In this document: positions 49,740 through 58,125 of the stretch, piece by piece
Layout of the letters: every line of letters starts with the position of its first letter
Numbering within the stretch: position 1 is the stretch's first letter
From: Zygnema circumcarinatum SAG 698-1b
Lineage: Eukaryota > Plantae > Zygnematophyceae
Direction of reading: 5' to 3'
DNA: 64,000 nucleotides
Assembly: GCA_037447605.1 (NCBI GenBank)
Contig: CM074805.1
Coordinates: forward strand, 186,001-250,000
Translations under genes and position numbers: made by a program
Notes under the pieces: model-generated
Seen by the model: only the letters and a program-made list of their open reading frames with translations
Told to the model about the DNA's origin: nothing
Databases searched by the model: none

Positions 49740-50856
49740 AACCAGGCCGTACATGTCTGTACTGTACGGCATCGTTGTTTTTGACGCTACGGTACAGTAA
49801 TCGAATTGAGATTGCAAACCGACAAAAGGAAAGTACAAAAACGGTACAAAGACGGGTAACTCTACTGCACCCCCGCGTTTTGTCTTTCGCACCCCCCTTT
49901 TAAAAATTTTGCCTGCCCGTTTTGGTACCCCCCAGTTTTGAATATTTCTGGAAAAAATCTTTTTCCCGCCCCTCCCGTCCCCTCCGCTCCCCTCCCTTGC
50001 CCTGTCCTCCTCGGACCTCCTCTCCCGCCCGCTCCCCTCCCCTCCCCTCCCTTCCCCTCCCCTGCCCTGCCCTCCCTTGCCCTCCCCTCCTCGTCTCTCC
50101 TCTTCTCGGTTTGCAATTTCTTGTGGTTCCCATGTTGACTTTGTTCATGTTTATTTGATGGCCTCACCATCTTGAGACCAATGCAAATCCCCTTTTCTTT
50201 TGTCGCACATTGTTGGAAGTCAATAGTGAAAAGGAGAAAACGAGGGGGGTGAAATGTCCAGAAAAAGAGGAGGGAGGGGAGGAGGGGAGGGGAGGAGAGG
50301 GGAGGGCAGGGGAGGGGAGGGGAGGGGAGGGAGGGAGGGAGGGGAGGGGAGGGGAGGGGAGGGAGGGGAGGGGAGGGGAGGGAGGGAGGGAGGGAGGGAG
50401 GGAGGGAGGGAGGGGAGGGAGGGGAGGGGAGGGGAGGGAGGGAGGGAGGGAGGGAGGGGGGGAGGGGAGGGGAGGAGAGGGGAGGGGAGCGGGCGGGAGG
50501 GGAGGGCCGGGGAGGACAGGGCAAGGGAGGGGAGGGGAGGGGAGGGGAGGGGAGGGGGAGGACGGGGAGGGGGGGAAGCGGAGGGGACGGGAGGGTCGGG
50601 AAAAAGATTTTTTCCCGAAATATTCAAAATTGGGGGGTACCAAAACGGGCAGGCAAAATTTTCAAAAGGGGGGTGCGAAAGACAAAACGCGGGGGTGCAG
50701 TAGAGTTACCCTACAAAGACCGTTCGGCCGCACTACGTACGGACAAATCCGCCATGACTGTACGAATGTCAAAAACGTACTGTACTGTCAAAATTCGTGG
50801 TGTATCGTATCCTGTTAGGTGATTGTGCATAGTACGGTCATATGTACGGCCTGGTT
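49740..50856. mobile_element. Older MITE-like element (~250 bp without the insertion) with 15-bp terminal inverted repeats, interrupted by the Mutator-like element
   Basis: AACCAGGCCGTACAT (49740-49754) is the exact reverse complement of ATGTACGGCCTGGTT (50842-50856). No clean TSD. Confidence 0.5.
49854..50711. mobile_element. Non-autonomous Mutator(MULE)-like foldback element, 858 bp
   Basis: TIRs start GGGTAACTCTACTGCACCCCC; about 134 bp align with 4 mismatches (49854-49987 vs 50578-50711) and continue as CCTCC/GGAGG arms. Exact 9-bp direct repeat TACAAAGAC at 49845-49853 and 50712-50720. No transposase. Confidence 0.88.
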
Positions 50857-51378
50857 TAACTAGCAGGAGTTTGAGTTGCAGGTGAAGTGCTTTGGACCGC
50901 TTTATCTGCTTCTCGGTTCCTGCAGTTTCTGCTACAGCATCTATCAAAAAAGTAAAAGTGCTTTTCTGAGCAGGCAATGAAGGTTGGGATTAGGCTTAGG
51001 GATACGAGGTCGTGAGGCATCTTCCGGGCGGAAGATTTTGCGAAGACGAGGGACAGCGAGCAGGAGTGAAATTGCAGGTTTTCAGACTGCTGGCAATAGG
51101 AAACGGGGAGGAATATCAAGGGAAGTAATTGGCTAGTGAGGGAACTTGATGGCTCCATCGCATTGCAAGCATGCGTCATTGCAAGCGTGCGTTCTGATAC
51201 TCTGGATGTGTATGGCGCTTTGTTAAAAGGGAGAGAAGGTTGTTAAAAGGAACGAACGCCTGGAGTGCTCCATACGAAAAGGTTATGAGGCAGAGATAGA
51301 ACGGAGTTTTAAGGAAAGGATAAATGCCGCCCTGACCGCTTTCTACTCCCTTCTACGGTGGTAGACGGTGTGCTGACC

Positions 51379-54300
51379 ATGGCTGGAGCTTCCTCCAAAT
51401 CATCCTCTGCAGAAGGTCGCGTTGCTCCCGTTCTGAATCTTGACAATTTGCGAGTATCTGGTCAGGATGATGTGACGCTTTCGATATTTTCAGACGTTTC
51501 CGAGCCTGCGGCTTCTACTTCCCAAGCAGCTGCAGAGTTCGGAGACAGGAGAAGGAGCGCCAACCAGGACGTTGGTCAAAGTAGTCGAATCAGTGAAGGC
51601 AATGCAGGCTACACGGGAGAAAGGCAGGCAGCAGGCCATGGGCACGAGGAGGCATTTGATGAAGTAAACATAGACACAGACGAAGATAAGGAGGAAGGCG
51701 TAAATGGCAACCCCCTCTCAGTGTTGGTGCAGGGGCCGGATGGAGCCCTTTATGTTGCAACAGAAAGTGTGATCGACGATTGTGATCCGGTGAAAAGTCC
51801 ACTTTTAGGGGTTGTGCAAACCAACGAGGAGCCACCAATGGTTTCAGTCAATTTCGGTGAGTGCAGAAACTTCTGTTCTCCAATATGCTAGGAGAACACA
51901 CAGGGCCAACGTGCTTTGGAGGAGAGGAACCACATTGTCGAAACCCTGCTTTTTGTGGGGGATTCTCTGGATTACTATTTTCTTAAGTTAAGGACGGGTT
52001 AAGCATTGCAAAGTAAGGAGCTCATTCGCCAAAAGGAGGGGCGGAAGTGGGAGAGGAGGTAGAGACAAATGAAGGAGATGGTGGGGAACGAGAAAGAGGA
52101 GGGGATCCAAGAGGAAGGGTTAGTGCGAAAGAGAAGGGGGAAAGGTGGGATAGGGACGAAAAGGAGGAATGGAGAAAGAGAGTGACAGAAAGTGTAGAGG
52201 ACAACTTGAGACTGCACTTTTGCTTTGTTTTCATTGCTTGTGTCTCACGATCCTTTGTGAAAACCATTCAAACTAAAGCCTTTCGTGTTTAACTGCAAAT
52301 CTGCAGCACCTGCTTCGTACGGCACAGCTGACGGTCTAGAAGCCGTCCATATCATTCTTCCGGATCCTCCCCAACTGGAGACTAGTGGGCAAAATCATAT
52401 TCAAGGAGTGGAGGCTCTGCTAAATCCTCAGCGCATCTTGCTGCATGTCAGACGAAAGCGATGCTTCATTTTTCTTGTCGTTATTGGTTCCAGCTTCTAT
52501 CTGGCGGTGTTCTTTGGTAAGTTTTGTTGCTTTGATTGTGGCGTGATTTATGATGCCTAGAGTTATCATCAGGACTTTGAATTAAGATTATTGAACCGTG
52601 AACTTGTGAAGGCCTTAACTTTCCCAGACCATCCCTTTCTCACCTCCGCACTACTTCATGAATATACTTCACAACTATGGATAAGGGCTGGTGCCAAAAT
52701 TCAGCAGCAGCATTTTGTGTCTTAGGTGCCGTCATTCATAACTGATTCGTTCATTCAGCCGCAAATAGTGTCACAGCAGCAAAGCCCTTCTGTGAAGGTG
52801 AATGAAAGCGGTTGATATTGATTTTTCCCTGGAATTTTCTATTTCTCCTGTAGGATATTAGCAGTCTGTTCTTGCAGACAGGTTCGTCTAGGCAAGTCAT
52901 GAACAAACGACTCTACTTTCGGTGTATGATAGGAGAGTTGAGGAATCGATCAGTCCTCGTGATGTGAGGATGGGCCTGGCTTGCTTCACCAGTTGCATAA
53001 ATAGCAAAGTTGATGGAAATTGTTGTGTTGAAGACCTCTTTTCTGAAGTCTACCGAGATATGTGACTAATAATAGCTTAGACCATTATGATGCCGTTTAG
53101 ACATGAGCGGCTATTGTGGATCATTTTGTCGTTAAGCCGTATAGAAATGGCATTCCCTCGTATGTATTTGAAGCTCTTGCTCGCCTGCTTTCTACTTTAC
53201 GTCCGGAAACATGGCCTTGACCCGTTTGTGAACTGCAATATGACCTGCAGGGGCTCTGGTGAATCGAGACGGGACCGGTTCAGATATCTTTGTGGATCAC
53301 CTGGCTCATGAGATGCTTACTTCCAACAACATCTGGGTGGCTATGGCTTATCTGTCAGTTTCGCTTTTTCTTACTCTCTCTTGCTCTCTATAGTTTCGTC
53401 CCCGTTTTCCGTGAGGCTGAATCACTTAGTAGAGGTCTGCTGAAGCCAAAACCAAAAGCTCTAACTGTTCTAGCTCGTATTGCAGCACCTACTTTCATTT
53501 CCAAATATGAATCATACTGCCTTGGTGCAGCCTGAGTGAGTCATTTTGCATTAGTGCTGCAACTCCTCTGCAAGCACCTATATGCTCTTCTCGCTCCCGA
53601 CCAATGTATTGCTTTTTCTGTGCAGAGTCTTGTACCTCTCACTCGACATGATAGCATTGGCAGGCACCCTGCTAGATAATGCGGTGAGTATACGCTATGA
53701 ATTTTTAAGTAATGTTCTCAAGACCTTGTCTCAGCTGAGTTGGTCGCATCCTTTGCCTAGGAGCAATGTGTCACTGATTTCTGGGATTGTGTATTGGGTG
53801 GACTGGGCATGCAGCATCTCCTCACATCTTACATTCTCATAGAAACTGTGTTCACATGCATTTCGGCGCTGCAAGAAATCAGACCGTTTCTTATATTCAA
53901 AATCGTGGTCATCGTCATCGCGTACCAAGTGCGGCATGGCATACTCATGGTCAGCCCCTCGTGCACATCGCGCCTCCTGCTTCGCATTTGGTCTGTAGAT
54001 GTTCGATCGGAGTGCTGCAATACTCTACAAGTGAAGCTATGGCGAGTTTTAGATGTGCTGCTTATATTCCGAAATAATTTTGAGCTGAAGTCACTTGCTG
54101 CGGCAAGCAAAACAAACGGGGAGCAAAAGCTGCTCAGAAAATGCATCACGAGGGAATATCTTTGTTCGTCAACAATGTCCTTGCGTTTGGCGTTTTGCAG
54201 ATGCAATGGGCAATAAGGAGACTGCACTCACGACTGACAGAACAGCCGTTTCCAGCCCCTTCTCGCAACCTGCTGGTATTACTTGCACTCTTCTACAATT

Positions 54301-54524
54301 CGGCCCCTATTCATCATCAATATCTGACTATATCAGACCTAGTTTTGATACGTTTGTCTCCATGCTGTACCTCTCGATGCTCTGTGTTTGGAATATGCAG
54401 AGTGACTAACCACCCCACTTCATCCCCTCGTGGTTGTAGGAATCGATTCAAAATCGACCTGTTCCAACGTTCTTCCCTTTGTTTAGGGCCAGTAATCGCA
54501 GACGCCAGCAAGACCAGCCCTTAG
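51379..54524 (+). CDS. Uncharacterised membrane protein: acidic disordered N-terminus plus several hydrophobic segments; exon chain only partly resolved
   Basis: Long first exon from MAGASSKSS, in-phase exon 52307-52516 ending RKRCFIFLVVIGSSFYLAVFF, and in-phase exons VLYLSLDMIALAGTLLDNA|HLLTSYILIETVFTCISALQEIRPFLIFKIVVIVIAYQ. Family not recognised; the end coordinate is tentative. Confidence 0.55.
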
Positions 54525-55290
54525 AACTTCCAGTTGTTCAGCTAAGTGGGGAGCAGGACGCACAGCCTGTGGGAGATAGAGAAAGAGTGGAGCCTATTGC
54601 TGGAGTGGGGCGTGGGCCTTAAGACGGAGCATTGAGGCTCTCCCATGTGATCGAGTTGCTCCAATGGAGAGGGTAAACTCGCATTCGGAAGCTCGAGTTG
54701 ATTGATTATGCTCCAAATAACAAGGATGTAAGTTGGAGGAATATACTCACTGGAGCGAAGGGCTAAATTTCGGGTTAGAAATAGAGAAGCGGAGTTCAAG
54801 TCTGTAAGAGGCAAGTATGGTTATTCCCCTGACCTTTGGTCCACTTTGATTATTGTAGTTCTCACCATTTTTTTACTATTGCTATATATGAGAGGTACAT
54901 TATTGGCAGTTACCGAGTCGGTTGAGTGCGCTAGCAGGGCGAGCTTCTCCTGCAGATGTCGGATATGGATAGCGGAATGAACTGAAACGAATACACGGAG
55001 TTTATGGGAGGAGGCGTAGCTGGAGCATTGCTCATCTTCCTCAATGTGCACACCTTGTCACAGCACATTAAGAAAAACAAATGGCTATGGAAACAAACGG
55101 CTAGAATATAACGAGGTGCCGGCCCTTGCTTTCCTCTCTTTCTTGCTCATGTATTCTTCAGCTGTGTTTTGTTTACGCCTTTGTGAAATACCTGATCCTT
55201 GAGAACCCTAAAAATCCCAGAAGCTGACAAAAGGACAATCCTTGTACGTGTCGCGATACTACCGTCCTTTGTTTTTCCACAAGTAGAAAC

Positions 55291-56194
55291 CTATGCCCAA
55301 TAGCGTCTCCCCGAAAAGAATCCGAGTAGGAAAGTTATCACAGAATGAAAAAGCCCTACCGCAAAGCCTATGACCCCTGTCTGCAGAATGTACTCATAGA
55401 GACCCCCAACAACGGGCAGTTCAGAGAGCGCCATAGACTTCTCAAAATGGTCGCGCTGCCTCGCAATTTTCATCACAGGCTTGGATTTCGAGGCATCCCA
55501 AACCTCTTGCAGCTCGAGAATGACCACCGTGGAGTGCGTCCTGGTCCTGAAAGGAGCCCACCAAGGGCGGCAGTATTGGCGGACCTGCAGGCGAAGGTGG
55601 TGAGCATGGCATGCACGTGCCGTCCATGCTCTTGTCCATGCCTATATCCACCATGCTGCCATTGTTCATGTGCCTGTTCTTAATGCATGTTGTTGTTCAT
55701 GTTCCTTGAACTGTTCTGGAAGAGGATGCTGCGGCATTGAACTCACGATGGCGATGCCATCAAATGTACATGGACAAAATGCTCACCTCCACTACAGCCC
55801 TGGGCGGCGAGCTGTCCTCATGGTACCACACGCCCACCACGTCGCAGCTCCAATGGATGAGAATCCAACTGCGGACCTGGAAGATGGCCAACGCGTCGCT
55901 GCGCGTCTTGGCAGACACCATCGGATGAAGCAGCTCCAAGTCCCCTGACCTCGGCGAGTAGCACAGAGATGCACGCGAGTTACTGGTTAGTGTTTAGGAG
56001 TGGCCACCAAAAAGGGCCATGTTCCACAAACGCCACCCTCTCCTCCCTGTGGAAACCCAAGAAAAAATAGGGCGCAGGACCCACATCGCCATACCTGTGA
56101 AGTAGCGGTCGAAGGTGTCCCTCTGCTTCTGCAAGTTCCTGTTCTGTACCAGACTCGACACTATCTCCGGCAGCTCCTTCCGCGGATTCTCCAT
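55291..56194 (-). CDS. Small NTF2/SnoaL-like protein with hydrophobic C-terminus (copy A, intact, 183 aa, 3 exons)
   Basis: Exons 56194-56095, 55944-55787 and 55584-55291 splice in frame through GT-AG introns: MENPRKELPEIVSSL...RDTFDRYFTGDLELLHPMV...WYHEDSSPPRAVVEVRQYCRPWWAPF...LELQEV...KIARQRDHF...GVIGFAVGLFHSVITFLLGFF. The fold assignment is from recalled resemblance. Confidence 0.75.
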
Positions 56195-56908
56195 GGCTCA
56201 GGAGCCACAGCAACTATCTCTCTCTCTCTCTCTCTCCCTCCCCTCGCCCTCTCTCTCCCTCTCTCTCTCGCTCCGCCTTTCCTCTCGTCGTCTCTCGCTG
56301 CCGCCTCCCTGGAATGCATCGGCGGCGCTTTGCCTCACGTGTGAGGCATGCACTACAGCCTCTGCATGCGCCACGTGGCGAGCCTAGTCGCACTTTCTGA
56401 GCCGTCGACGGCGAACGGGACTAGCGCGCATAGATCCACCGGTTCGGCCATAGAGAGGCGGCCCCTTGGGAGTTGGAAGCGGGGGAGTGCTGCAGAGGGA
56501 GAGCTACGGCCCTCACTGCTATCACAGAAAGAGGGGCGAATTTTTTTGAGGTACGCTTTGTCTTGTCGTTCAGTTAGCTGCGTAGCTATGCATTTCACTT
56601 ATTTTTGGGAAAGTCTTTTGTATCTGAGGCATTTCCGTAACATCAAATTTCTCTTGTTATAATTGTTAGAAAGTGACCATAAGGAAGTGGAGTAACCTCG
56701 CACGAATAATAGAAAACGAGAGCTTACAATGAAATGAAGGCGCCAGGCCTCACCCTTCCTCCTGCTTTTGTACATGTATTACGCAACTGCTTACTGCTGC
56801 TGCTGCTGTAAGAAATTGTTATTGCTTCTCAATTTTCAAAAGAGTCCACAAAAGGGCGGACTTGTAGCGATTCTCTCGGCGTTCTTTTCTTCATATTGGA
56901 ATCAATGC

Positions 56909-57690
56909 TCAACGGAGCTTGCTTCTCACGGCAAAACAAAACAGCTCTACGATGAAGCCGATGACACCTGTCTGCAGAATGTACTCGTAGAAAATGCCAA
57001 CAATGGGCAGTTCGGAGAGCAGCATAGACTTTTGTTGATGGTTTCGCTCGCTGTCGGCTTATTTTCATCACAGCCCTGTGCTTGGAGCTTTCCCAAACCC
57101 CTTGGATGTCAACACGAGTCATTGCGGAGTGTGATATCATCCTGAAGGGCGTCCACCACGGGCGGCAGTATTGCTGAACCTGCTGGCAAGCCCTGTCCTG
57201 ATTCAATGAACCGATCTTCATAGAGTTTTTGGATTCCGTGGGAGGCTGTGACGAGCTTCTCATGCATAGCGGTCTTTATGTCCATGTCCATGTCCATGTA
57301 TGCTATAGCATTGTTCATGTCCTTGATCATGTTGTTGGTCATGTTGTTTTTCATATATTTGCATTTCTCTAGAAGAATCTGCGTTCACCTCCACTACGGC
57401 CCTGGGCGGCGAACTGCCCTCATGGTACGAGATAGTGGTGCAGCTCACAGCTCTGTGAAGGCCACGAGCACCGCACACCCCATCTTCACTCACCCTAAAA
57501 ACTCAGAAGGCATCCAATTTCCGCCCGCCTCTCTCTCCCGTTCGTTTGAGGGATGTGGAAGCTCTATAGCGCATGCCTCATGCCGCATGCCCATCACACC
57601 TATGACGAAGCGCTCGAAGGTAGGCTCCCTCTGCTTCCGCAGGGTCCTGCTCATCACTACCTCTGGAAGCGCCTCCAGCGGATCCTCCAT
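56909..57690 (-). pseudogene. Degenerate tandem paralog of the NTF2-like gene (copy B)
   Basis: Same exon layout (MEDPLEALPEVV..., YHEGSSPPRAVVE|VQQYCRPWWTPF..., YEYILQTGVIGF). There is a +4 frameshift at 57041-57047 and the first half of exon 2 is lost. Confidence 0.7.
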
Positions 57691-58125
57691 GGCTCACGAT
57701 TCGAAGCTGCTCTCAGAGCAGTAGTCTTGCCTCCCTTTCCCTCTCCCTCTCCCTCTCCCTCTCCCTCGCCCTCCCTCTCTCCCCTCTATCCGAGTCTCCA
57801 TCGTCATCGTCGTCGGGACGGTTCCAAACAAAAGCGACATTGTCACGTTGCGTCCTGTCAGTATCACGTGTCTTCCTGCGCCAATCAGCATTCAGCGACG
57901 GTAAGAAACACCAATGGAAGCACGCCACGTAGTACTCACACATGCAACTCGCGCCACAACTCTTTGTTCGTGAATTGCAAAACACGGGACTGCAATAAAC
58001 TGAACGGAGCCGTCGACATGTAAACGTGAAACGGTAACTATAACTCCATAGACATGGAATCGTGGAAGGAGGAGCCTGAGGGGAGCTGCAAGGCAAGGGC
58101 AGGAAAGGAGTGGGAGGAGGCAGGC

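Noticed and set aside
49862-50818. Extensin-like (PPSLP) and RG-rich ORFs up to 220 aa
   Set aside because: They are translations of the CCTCC/GGAGG arms of the foldback element; no transposase motifs.
52892-52897. Second GC donor (AG|GCAAGT) in the membrane-protein gene
   Set aside because: A GT donor 10 nt upstream fits the downstream phase equally well; it cannot be decided from sequence.
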